A DNA stretch of 39,394 nt from Nemertoderma westbladi. Taxonomy: Eukaryota > Animalia > Xenacoelomorpha. A model generated the notes under the pieces. That model worked only from the letters and a program-made list of their open reading frames with translations, was not told the origin of the DNA and searched no databases. The position numbers and the translations under genes were made by a program. Position 1 is the first letter of the stretch; every line of letters starts with the position of its first letter. The stretch spans positions 1-39,394 of the forward strand of contig JAUCBJ010002730.1 of assembly GCA_032718475.1 (NCBI GenBank), read 5' to 3'. Below are positions 1 through 10,661 of this stretch, piece after piece.

Positions 1-570
1 AGTATAGAAATAAATAATAGATCGAATTAATAAACCTCCTAATATATTTTAATTAGCTGTCGAAAAATGAATTACCATCATTAACGTATCACGAAATTTT
101 CGAATTGTATTATTTATTTTGATGTTTAGATGATGTATGGATTTACTGTACATATGTAGATACAATTTAGGCCATTATGTATCTAGAGTACAGTAAGTAG
201 GAAGGCCTTCTGTACAATGCAGTATATCGTGTCCTTCTCACTGACTTTATGGACGTCAAGATAGGCCTACATAATGATTTTTAATATTATAAAATCTGGA
301 TAATAATTATTTGTTACATGGTAAAAAAAGTATAACTTTTTTTCACTATTTCTGAGGCATTACATTCATCTAGCGCAAGCGAGGTTTTGATGGTTGAGAG
401 AATACTGGAAAAAATGTTCTACTTTTTTTCCCATGTAATACGTAATTTTTCGTTACCCAATTATTTAATAAAATATAACGGTATAGGCCTAGTTACTTAC
501 TAAATAAATTGAACTGTAGAATTTTACTATGTTGATTTCCTTATTTACAGCGATTAATAACTACAGTATT

Positions 571-705
571 TACATACTTGTGTGTAAAGTAGCACTTTAC
601 AGTGTGATGATCGGAGTGCTTTGTTACACGAACGAAAGTTAGTGAGTGAGTGAAAATAAAGCCACGAGGATCAGAACACTGTAAAGTACTTTGCAACAAG
701 TATGT
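571..705. repeat. Short imperfect inverted-repeat element (MITE-like remnant)
   Basis: acatacttgtgtgtaaagtagcactttacagtg (571-604) is close to the reverse complement of cactgtaaagtactttgcaacaagtatgt (677-705). No TSD identified. Confidence 0.4.
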
Positions 706-870
706 ATGTAGTTTTATTCCAAAATTGTAACGTTAAGAAATTATTAGAAACTGCACAAATTAAATTAGTTGCTGTTTAAATAAATGTAAAAATGACATAA
801 ATTATGTTATAAATAAGTTAACTTATATTTAAGAAATGTAGAAATTTGTCGAAATTTGCTGTAGAAATTT

Positions 871-1040
871 CGCACTGTTGTGTCCCTAGGCAAGACACTT
901 TAGACATTAGTGCCTACGTCAACCCAGCGGTATAATGGGAACCTGGCTTTGCTGGGGTAATGATAATAAAAGCGCTTTGAGTATGCCGAGCATAATAAAG
1001 CGCTATATAAATAACCAATATTATTATTATTATTATTATT
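871..1040 (+). mobile_element. 5'-truncated SINE (family A) with (ATT)n tail
   Basis: Contains gtgtccctaggcaagacactt, resembling conserved SINE central domains, and ends in agcgctatataaat plus (att)n. A related copy lies at 15172-15311. Confidence 0.6.
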
Positions 1041-1262
1041 AACTTATATTTATGGTGGCGTTTGGAGCCATGTTAATAGTTTATAGCTACTGGTTATTAA
1101 TAACTATACCCCGACTACCGGTAGGTAATTCAGTAGGCCTACTGTATCTGGCTGTCAGGCAAATACCGTTATATTGTTTTAAAATATTGTTTCAAATATT
1201 AAAATATTAAAATTAAAAATTAAAATATTGTCAAATATTGTTTTAGTAGTAACCAATGAGGG

Positions 1263-1299
1263 CGTTAAGTAATGTCCGCTAACGGGACATTACTTAACG
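1263..1299. repeat. Perfect 15-bp stem hairpin
   Basis: cgttaagtaatgtcc - gctaacg - ggacattacttaacg. Confidence 0.75.
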
Positions 1300-1942
1300 G
1301 ATAACACCAAATACAATACTAAATGTACAGGCCAATACAATGCTGTAATGTCCTCAAAAGTTGTAAAGTGCTAAATAACAACTCGCTGTTAATACTAACG
1401 GTGTTGAGTAATGTTACAATATTAGAATAAAATTATTGTACTCTTCAACTCCACAAAATTTCAAAATTTATTTTTCTAAAATATTTTTTCACAATAACTT
1501 TTTTTCACAAATTTTTTTATTGATTTTAAACACGTTTTAGAACGATGCCATGCGTTTTAATTAGAAAAAAAAATATTTGTTCTAGAACATATTTTTTTTT
1601 AAATGAATAGCTAACATGTTCTGGAACATTTTCTATACAAATAGTAATAAGAACTTAGCTACTACAAAATATTTATAGAAGGAAGTAGGATGTCGGAATC
1701 TGTGTCGAAATTACTAGCTAAACCTACCTAAAACACTAGCTACCATATAATTTAGTATCTTGCTTAACGAGGAGGCTTCAATTCAGTCAAATTAAAGAAT
1801 TATATCAAAATTTCAAATTGATGTAAAACAAATAACTGGTCTCTTTTTGAATGGCCTCAAAATGCAGCTTATTAGGCCGTGTATATATAGTAGGCCATGG
1901 GAGCGTTATATAAAATGCTATATCTCAAAAACAGCACGACAG

Positions 1943-2221
1943 CTGCACAGCTTGCTCAAAGCTTTGGCAGCTTGGTCTAGTGGTGACATTACTGTGCTTC
2001 CGATTAGTGAGCCCGGGTTCGATCCCTAGATGGGGCAGCACTGTTTGGGCACAGTGCTTTAAATGCTGCAGCCTAGCCCAACCCCGGCTTTCATCCTTCA
2101 GTGGTCGATAAATGGGAACCAAGGCAACTTAGGAAACAGAGTGGAAGGGTTTACTGTGGAAGATCACCCATGGTGGTGAACAGGTATTCCTTGGCTTAAC
2201 GAGCCTAAAAGATTCTCCCAT
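1943..2221 (+). mobile_element. tRNA-derived SINE (family B), full length, with 18-bp TSD
   Basis: A box tggtctagtgg, B box ggttcgatccc and central ctttcatccttcagtggtcgataaatggg. Flanked by the direct repeat tcaaaaacagcacgacag (1925-1942, 2222-2239). A second copy is at 31076-31312. Confidence 0.85.
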
Positions 2222-2944
2222 TCAAAAACAGCACGACAGATTTTGAAAAAAATTTAACAGCGGTTTTCTGTCCCTATCTATCGTTTTATATAATAATATG
2301 GGATATATGGGATATGATACATTTGTGTTTCCGTGTATATTTTGTATTCCATGGTGCAAACCTTTTCTACCTCGATGCTCTTTCAGCATGTACAGTAATA
2401 TAATTTAAGAAATTCTACCAAAAATATTTAATTATATCCTTTTTCGCCTGTCAAAAAAAGTAAGATCATTTAGATTAAGATTATTTAATATTTCCAGATC
2501 TGCATAAGTTTTCAGCATCCTTGTCATAATCTCGCACTTTATGTCATACACGGACCAATTACAAAACTTTTAGCGATCCCATGTTCTGCAACTGCACAAA
2601 AAATATTAAACAGTCTCCAATATAAAATCGGCACTGCAGTCAGTCAGAAATCTTTTAAATGATTGCCAGAGACCCATTTATATCCATTGGCTTTATTACC
2701 TTACCACCTTATTTCTCCAATATATATCAACTGTTAAGTAGCGTATTTGACATTTTATTTTATTAATTATTAATTGTAGAAAATGCGCTATATTTATTAC
2801 TCATATTATTATTTATATTTATAAGATGACTAACATAATTACTACAATAACTATAAGAATGAGATTAACTATAACTATAACTAGATTAATAACTAAATAT
2901 TAATATTAATAATTACTATAACAATAACTATAATAATAAGATTA

Positions 2945-3480
2945 ATAGATAGATAGATATTTTATTGACAGGAGTCGGAGTCCAAAAGAAAGATAATATC
3001 AAACACCAATAAAGCAGGAAACATACAAAACAGGAAGAAATATAATATATAAAAAAAAAACTATAACTCGAACATCATCAGGACGATAAACATAATCGAA
3101 TATACAATACGGGAAAATATACCCTAGCTTGAAAGCAACAATAATAATAACTGGAAACTGAAAGTAAATTAATATACGTAATAATATTAACCCATTAACA
3201 TAATATTTGGCCAATCGGCAGTTTACAGGTAGAAATACAAAAATATTAGGCCTAAACGGAAAAGGCCGAAAACAAACGAATACGAAAAGCTGAGTACATT
3301 TATATGGTTATTACACCAAAAAACACAAATAACACATGGTACAAGTGCTGAAACAAAGGCACAGTAGAGAGTTTGGCGCACCGTAGTAAAGAAAATGGGG
3401 AAATTAAACTGATTCAAGGCGTTTGAGAGCGGAAAATATAAATGAGGCGGCTGACGCAAAATTAGATTGACTACACTCGT
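2945..3480 (-). mobile_element. Possible degenerate LINE 3' end
   Basis: Minus strand ends in aataaaaata(tcta)n. The peptide RQTLYCAFVSALVPCVICVFW loosely resembles the post-RT region of CR1/L2 LINEs. Confidence 0.3.
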
Positions 3481-3714
3481 CACTAACAGATAACTATTTA
3501 TACTAATAATATCAGTTTATATTTACCAAATAATGGTGTCATATTATACTAAAATTATTAATTATTATGTTATTCTAAAAGATATTAGCTATTGTGTAAA
3601 ATAATTAAAATTAAATAAAATCAGTTTAAGTTTTGGAGATAATAGGCAATGGCAATTGTCGAGTTGAATATAACTATGTATTGGACTTCTATTATTTGCG
3701 TCCATTTTTCGCGC

Positions 3715-3786
3715 TCCTCGATAGTATAGTGGTCAGTATCTGCGTCTGTCACATGCAAGACCCGGGTTCAATTCCCGGTCGGGGAG
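3715..3786 (+). tRNA. tRNA-Asp (GTC)
   Basis: 72-nt cloverleaf: acceptor TCCTCGA/TCGGGGA, anticodon arm TGCGT-CTGTCAC-ATGCA, T arm CCGGG-TTCAATT-CCCGG, discriminator G, T5 terminator at 3793-3797. Confidence 0.95.
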
Positions 3787-4557
3787 GTGATATTTTTGTT
3801 TCTCACTCTTCTTCATGTCGATATTGTATTCTTTATTTTAGTATATCCGTTCCGCCCAAAATATAATGTTGGTAATCAATCAATGATGTTATTAATTAGG
3901 GCTTCAATAATATCTTGGGAACTAATTAATTTATATGCTACTCTCGTGGAGGAATTGTTTATTGTTTAATCTTTATTATTATTCTAAATAAATTGTAGAA
4001 ATGTTAATTTTATTTATTAGAATAAAACAGTTTCGCGTAGTTGCAAATTATTATGATGGTATTAATTCGGCTCTTTTGGATAATTATCAATAGTGAATAT
4101 TTTTGTTGTAGTTTTAGTTAATAATCAGTCGAAATTGAATAGAAGGGGGTGCCCTTCTATTTAACACACTGTATTCCATAATTGGAACCTGTTTTATTTG
4201 TTAATTAATTTCAGTAAAAAGAATCAAAATATCATTATTATCGTAAATACTACTCAACAGATCGTAGAAGTAGTACAGCACTTCAGTAGGAAAGAAACAA
4301 AAATAAAAACAAGAAAACGAACCAGTAAAGATACAAGATGGTTTAAAAAAATTAACAGGGTCACAAAAAACTAAACACGACAGGATAGTGATACAGTATA
4401 ATTAATTTAGTAATGTGAATAGCCCCTTAAAGAGTAAATTACGGCGTTACAATGTTATTAATGAAGTATATCATCAAGAAAATCGTTAGGAATATACGAG
4501 AAGTTCAATATTATTACGATTATTGTTATTTTCAAAAGGCGAAAGCCACCGCCTAGA

Positions 4558-4587
4558 CCGGGTCTGCATGTGACGGACACACATACT
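4558..4587 (-). pseudogene. tRNA-Asp anticodon-arm fragment
   Basis: Reverse complement agtatgtgtgtccgtcacatgca-gacccgg matches the local tRNA agtatctgcgtctgtcacatgcaagacccgg at 27 of 31 positions. Confidence 0.7.
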
Positions 4588-4720
4588 GGGTCTTGATAAT
4601 GACATGTTGCCATAGTTGTATTGTATATCATCTTGCTGGTGTCTTCAGCAGTTAGAGACCAGCACGACGGGCTGCCATAGACAGCACAGACTCCATTGCT
4701 GCATGGAGAAGGCCTACCTT
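4588..4720 (-). mobile_element. RTE-type LINE fragment
   Basis: Nucleotide similarity to 7720-7800 (VLLYGSPCW region) and to 8700-8865. Confidence 0.6.
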
Positions 4721-5161
4721 TAAAAGTTTATCCCCAGGGATTTACAATTATCACGATTGATAGTCTGCTTATCTGAGTCCCGTTTATGTCAGAATTTCGG
4801 ACATTTTGGTTTTTGTGCTAAATGAGACGGATTCGTTCGCAATTGTGATATGACATTGGCCAACATTACTTTTTGTAAAACTGTTTAATATTTTGATCTT
4901 ATCCTGCCCAATCAAAAATTGCATTAACGAAGTGACGAAAAAAATATTGCGAAAATAAAGTGGATTTATTAAATTAAATTAAACCCAACACAACACAACA
5001 CAACACTACAATAAGTTTATAGAAGGCGTACAATTTATTTCACTTTTTCCCTCAAAACGTGACGACACCAAATATACGGATTTTCCTTTCATCTTCCTTT
5101 GAAAGAGAAGGATTTCCCTTTAAAAGTATTGTTTTTTATTATCTGAGATACATTGTTGCGC

Positions 5162-5233
5162 TCCTCGATAGTATAGTGGTTAGTATCTGCGTCTGTCACA
5201 TGCAAGACCCGGGTTCAATTCCCGGTCGGGGAG
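5162..5233 (+). tRNA. tRNA-Asp (GTC)
   Basis: Same cloverleaf as 3715-3786 with one D-loop C>T difference; T-run just downstream. Confidence 0.95.
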
Positions 5234-5794
5234 GTTGTATTTTGTTCTTCTTTATTTTAATATTATTATTCATAATTTTAGTTTCACACATAGTAATATC
5301 AGTTCCGGCTCGAATATGGTATTTTTGTAAACCAAAATTTGTTCAAAAGATACCTAGTATCAATCAGTCATGGTATTAATTCAGCTCTTTTTAATTGATT
5401 TATAAAATATTGGGTTATTTAACAACATTGAATCTTTGTGTTGTTGTGTTAGTTTGCCTTTAAGGAGGAGGAGGAGGTGCCACAATTTATTCCTTAATCG
5501 GGACCTGTTTTGTTGGTTTAGTTAATTTCAGTAAAAACATTTTAAATAATAATTATTGAAATACAGAGATACTAACCACTATACCGTCCGGAGTGTGTAT
5601 TTTTTACAATTCTAAATCTTAATGTGGCGATTTTCACAATTGAATGTTGAATTATAAGTGTAAAACACTCCTCTTATACACTAAAAAAAGTTTGATTTGA
5701 ATGGTAATTATTTACAGCTAATAATAGTTACAACTTTACCAGAGGGTGCAATATCTGCAACAAATTAAACTGAAATCGACATTCCTGTCATCGC

Positions 5795-7186
5795 AGAGCC
5801 ACCTACCGGCGAACCCAGCAACCTATTGCCCCCCCCCCCCCCCCTGGAGGACCCAGCAACTTAGAGCCACCTACTGGCAGACCCAGCAACATAAAGGCCC
5901 CTACCGGCGGATCCAGCAACATAGCTCCATACCAGCGGACCCAGCAACCTATTGCCCCCTACTGGAAGACCCAGCAACTTAGAGCCACCTACCGGCGGAC
6001 CCAGCAACATACATCCACCTACCGGCGGACCCAGCAACATACATCCACCTACCGGCGGACCCAGCAACATACATCCACCTACCGGCGGACCCAGCAACAT
6101 ACATCCACCTACCGGGGGACCCAGCAACATAGAGCCCCCAACTGGCGGACCCCGCAACATTGAGCCACCTACCGGCGGACACAGCAACATAGATCCACCT
6201 ACCGGCGGACCCAGCAACATACATTCACCTACCGGCGGACCCAGCAACATAGAGCCTCCAACCGGTGGACCCCGCAACATTGAGCCACCTACCGGCGGAC
6301 CCAGCAACATAGATTCACCTACCGGCGGACCCAGCAACATAGATCCACCTACCGGCGGACCCAGCAACATAGATCCACCTACCGGCGGACCCAGCAACAT
6401 AGAGCCCCCAACCGGTGGACCCCGCAACATTGAGCCAACTATCGGCAAACCCAGCTACCTATTGCCCCCTACTGGAGCACCCAGCAACTTAGAGCCACCT
6501 ACTGGCGGACCCAGCAACATGAGCCCCCTACCGATGGACCCCGCAACAAAGAGCCCGGCCCCCTACTGGCAGGCCCAGCAACATAAAGGCCCTTACCAGC
6601 GGATCCAGCAACATAGCTCCCTACCGGCGGATCCAGCAACATAGAGCCCCCTACCAGCGGACCCATCAACCTATTGCCCCCTATTGGAGGACCCAGCAAC
6701 TTAGAGCCACCTACCGGCGGACCCAGCAACATGAGACCCCTACCGGTGGAATCCGCAACATAGAGCCCACCCCCTACTGGCAGATCCAACAACATAGAGC
6801 CCCCTACCAGAGAACCCAGCAACACTGAGCCCCCTACCAGCGGACCCAGCAACCTATTGCCCCCTACTGGAGGACCCAGCAACTTAGAGCCACCTACCGG
6901 CGGACCCAGCAACGCGAGACCCCTACCGGTGGACTCCGCAACATAGAGCCTGTCCCCTACTGGCGGATCCAGCAACATAAAGGCCCCTACTGGCGGATCC
7001 AGCAACATAAAGGCCCCTACTGGCGGATCCAGCAACATAGCTCCCTACTGGCGGACCCAGCAACATAGAGCCCCCTACTGGAGGACCCAGCATCATAGAG
7101 CCCCCTACCGGCGGACCCAGCAACATTGAGCCACCAACCGGTGGACCCCGCAGCATAGAGCCACCTACTGGCAGACCCAGCAACAT
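5795..7186. repeat. 30-bp GC-rich minisatellite
   Basis: About 45 degenerate units of ccacctaccggcggacccagcaacatagag; this produces the PPTGGPSNI and GPPVGGSML ORFs. Confidence 0.95.
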
Positions 7187-7275
7187 AGTGCCTGACGATC
7201 ACGCGGTCAAACATTCACATTCCTAGCTCATCCCTATTCTCAAGTCCATCGTTCTTAAGCGTTTGACGACAGTCA
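7187..7275 (-). mobile_element. Second RTE-type LINE C-terminal fragment
   Basis: Translates as RQTLKNDGLENRDELGM*MFDRVIVR, paralogous to RRIVKDTGLEDADDLANVMGDRELWR at about 7390-7480. Confidence 0.5.
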
Positions 7276-7356
7276 TTATCGCAGCTTTTCACCAAGCCAA
7301 TTATTACCAGTAGGCTACTACTATTAGGATCGGCATGCTGCATTGCAGCTACATTT

Positions 7357-8530
7357 TTAAGAATGCTGTGCCGGCTTGTCGACAAAATTGCGCCGCCACA
7401 ACTCCCTATCACCCATGACATTTGCTAGATCATCCGCATCTTCAAGGCCAGTGTCCTTTACGATGCGTCTCAAGAAAGTCATGGGCTGTCCACCATGCTT
7501 ATTCACTCCATAAGGCTGCCAAAGTACAAGATTATACACTGGCTGGTCCTCACGGCGAAAGCAATGTCCTGCAAAGCGGAGGTGATTTGGTTCTAGTGTC
7601 AAGCTTGGGGGAACCAATTAGACACCTCCATTTTTATATAGTGTCTGGTTGGAGATGTGTGCATTGTACTTGAATCAATTAACCCGGCGTAGCATTCTTG
7701 TGAATGTGCCATCCAAAGTTTTGGTGTCCTCAGCAGATAGAGCCCAGCATGGACTCCCATAGAGGAGTACTGGAACTACTGCTGCTCTAAATAATCGGAC
7801 CTTAAGTTTCCGATTAATTCACGGTGACTTCCAAATCCTGGAAAGCCTATTCAAGGCTGCCCATGCCTTTCCCTTACGTATTCGAAGGTCCTCACCTGAC
7901 TTCCGGATCCATGATCCCAGGTAACAGAAGTCGTCCACATGCTCAAGCATACCATCCTTTGAGCTTATGCTCATCCGATCAGAGACTTGCTGAGGACTTT
8001 TAAAGTTAACTGTCAAAATTTTGGTCTTTCTGGAGTTAAGAAAAAGACCAACACTAGAAGCAGCATGTTCTAATGAGCTGAGGAGCCGTTGGGCTCCCTC
8101 TAATGATTCTGAGAGTACTCCTAAGTCATCAGCAAAGTCTAGATCAGTTAGGTACTTGGCAGGATTTCCTCGACTTCTGGAGCCAGTAGGTGGAGTTATC
8201 ATCACCCCATCACCATTATGATGATCTAAGGACATGCGTAGAACATAGTCACCCACAATTATGAACAAGAATGGTGCAAGTTTGTCTCCCTGGAGGACGC
8301 CCCATAACACTTAAAATGGTTCTGTGTCACCGTCAACAGTAGACACAAATGTTGTCGAACCATCGCATCGTATACTGATCTGATTGCTGCAATAATTTCT
8401 CCATAATCCATATAATGAAAGTATGCTGAACATACGTGAGCGAGAGACTGAATCAAAGGCCTTGAAGAAGTCAACAAAGATAACAGCCAGATGCCTGTCT
8501 TTCTTTTTTGATAACTCTTAAATTATCCTC
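7357..8530 (-). mobile_element. 5'-truncated, frameshifted RTE-clade non-LTR retrotransposon (reverse transcriptase)
   Basis: RT motifs GVLQGDKLAPFLF, LDFADDL and FCYLGSWI, followed by KLKVRLFRAAVVPVLLYGSPCW and LRFAGHCFR...LVLWQP. Stops and frameshifts are present. Confidence 0.9.
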
Positions 8531-8534
8531 TTAA

Positions 8535-8865
8535 TCTCACTATGAGTCCATAGCTTTCCAGTTCGCTTCTTGGACTGGGTTCCAGCCGAAAACAATCCAT
8601 TTCCAGAGATAGTAGGCTGCCATAGCACAATGTTATGTACAGGTAGATCCTTTATTGCGAAACAGTCGAGCTTCAGGCGGCGCCTCTGAAGGGTGATGCT
8701 GGGTCATGTCAATGAGATGTTGCCATGGATGTATAGCACCTCATTGCTTATATGCTCATCAGTAGACAATATCGTGCTCCCTCCGCCTAGCATGCTGGTA
8801 CATGCACAATCCAGAGATCTGGTGTCGTCAGCAGTTGGAGCCCAGCATGGACTGCCATAGAGATG
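8535..8865 (-). mobile_element. Further diverged RTE-type LINE fragment
   Basis: Translates in part as TLQRRRLKLDCFAIKDLPVHNIVLWQP, with a YGSPCWAP motif, paralogous to the neighbouring LINE. Confidence 0.7.
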
Positions 8866-9065
8866 TCAAAGAGCATGAGATATCACAGTTCTTCCAGATC
8901 GGATATAAAATATTTTAAACCATTCCGGAAAAGGCAGTGAATGTCAATCAACTATTTTATAAAATATTTAAATATCGCTAGTTAGTCAGATAAATGCAGA
9001 TCCGCTGAAAGCTTGCATGTCGAATATCTGGATTTCCAGTCGGTTTTTATTTAATTTGTTTTACA

Positions 9066-9583
9066 TGGTGTCCGGATAATTGCGAGCCGGACAATTGCGA
9101 CCCGGACAATTGCGACCCGCACAAATGCGACCCGGGCAATTGCGACACATGATTTTATTAAATTTGCTTGGTCGAAATTGTACGGGTAGCTAGCTACATT
9201 TAAATTACTGTAGCTACAATTTTAAAATAGTTATTCTACATTATTAGCAATGTTATCTTCTGGAATGTTTTTAATATTAATTTTACTCATTGTATTATAT
9301 AATTACTACAGTATAGCTACATCAATTTACAGTAGCTACATTTGAACAAAATGGAGCGGTTGGCCCTACATTATTTGCAATTAGATATTCTGGAATGCTT
9401 AGAATTAAAATTAATTGCTTTGGCATAAACTACGTAATTGTTAACATTGTTCAATCATTATTTTTTTACTAGCTATTGATATAATATATTTGAAATCTAT
9501 ATAATGTTGTATAACTATTTATTTATGATCGGGTCGCATTTGTCCGGGTCGCAATTGTCCGGGTCGCAATTGTCCTAACTTCG
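9066..9583. mobile_element. Non-autonomous DNA transposon (MITE/foldback) with 15-bp subterminal repeats
   Basis: About five copies of ggacaattgcgaccc on the left and three inverted copies on the right, around an AT-rich core. Flanks ttttaca/ttttacc may be a TSD. Confidence 0.8.
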
Positions 9584-9889
9584 TTTTACCTGTAAGGTAT
9601 TATTCAATTAGCATCTTGAAATTTTTTTTTAATATTATTTATAATTTTAATGGTAGCTAAATAAATATAATTAATTTAATTAATTATTGAAAACGAGTGA
9701 ACATATTATAAATGAAATGAAATACATCTTGAAATGAAATAGGACTACAATATTATAATTAACTTTTTAAATCTTGCTAAAGTTAAATGTAAAATGAAAA
9801 GTTATCTGTTCATTTTGAGTTTATTTCCATTTTCCTTTGAATGAGCATTAAAATTATTTTCTTTTATCATCTGGTACACATTGTCGATC

Positions 9890-9961
9890 TCCTCGATAGT
9901 ATAGTGGTTAGTATCTGCGTCTGTCACATGCAAGACCCGGGTTCAATTCCCGGTCGGGGAG
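9890..9961 (+). tRNA. tRNA-Asp (GTC)
   Basis: Identical to 5162-5233. Confidence 0.95.
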
Positions 9962-10589
9962 TTGTTTCATTTTGTAAGATGGCCTTTTGTAATTTCCGGT
10001 ACCAGTATAGGAAACTTTATATTGCACTTTAAATATTATGTTTCAAGTAATTTATTCGATCACACCAAAAAATAAATAACTAATTAATAGTATAAATAAA
10101 AAAATAAATTTTCAGAAAGGCCTTAGGTAAATAAAAAAAATTGTAACAAAAACATTACGAAATGATTGTATATATATTATAAGTGATAGAAACTACACAA
10201 ATTAAATTTTTTGATTAATAAATAAATGTAAAAGTGACATAAATTATGTTATAAACAATTTTGGACGGATCAAGCAGAATGGATGTCCTTATTTCCATTA
10301 TCGGTCGTAGTTGTGTATGCAAGGTTTAGCCTGGGAGGGACCTGTTGGTTGCCTAGCTACGGTGAAATTAATTCTAGAATGACCGATCATAATTGTAGAA
10401 TTTACTCAATCAAAATTCTGTCGACACCCCATAGGGAGCACCTATTGGACGTGCTTTCTGGAAAATTACTTATTCTTTTTTGTACAAGTTATAATTTGTT
10501 CACTATCAATCTAGAATAGACCAGTTTTAGTTGAAGTACGATTTATATTAGGTTACTGTCCTTTTTTATCTGGGAATCTTTTATCGGGC

Positions 10590-10661
10590 TCCTCGACAGT
10601 ATAGTGGTTAGTATCTGCGTCTGTCACATGCAAGACCCGGGTTCAATTCACGGTCGGGGAG
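10590..10661 (+). tRNA. tRNA-Asp (GTC), probable pseudogene
   Basis: Same sequence but invariant U8>C (10597) and a T-stem C>A mismatch (10650); long T-run downstream. Confidence 0.8.

Noticed and set aside
3633-3866. ORFs sharing LLDSIVVSICVCHMQDPGSIPGRG (also 5059-5379 and 9841-10032)
   Set aside because: Translations of the tRNA-Asp genes.
5861-7186. Pro/Gly-rich ORFs on both strands
   Set aside because: By-product of a 30-bp repeat; frames are broken by indels and there is no unique coding flank.
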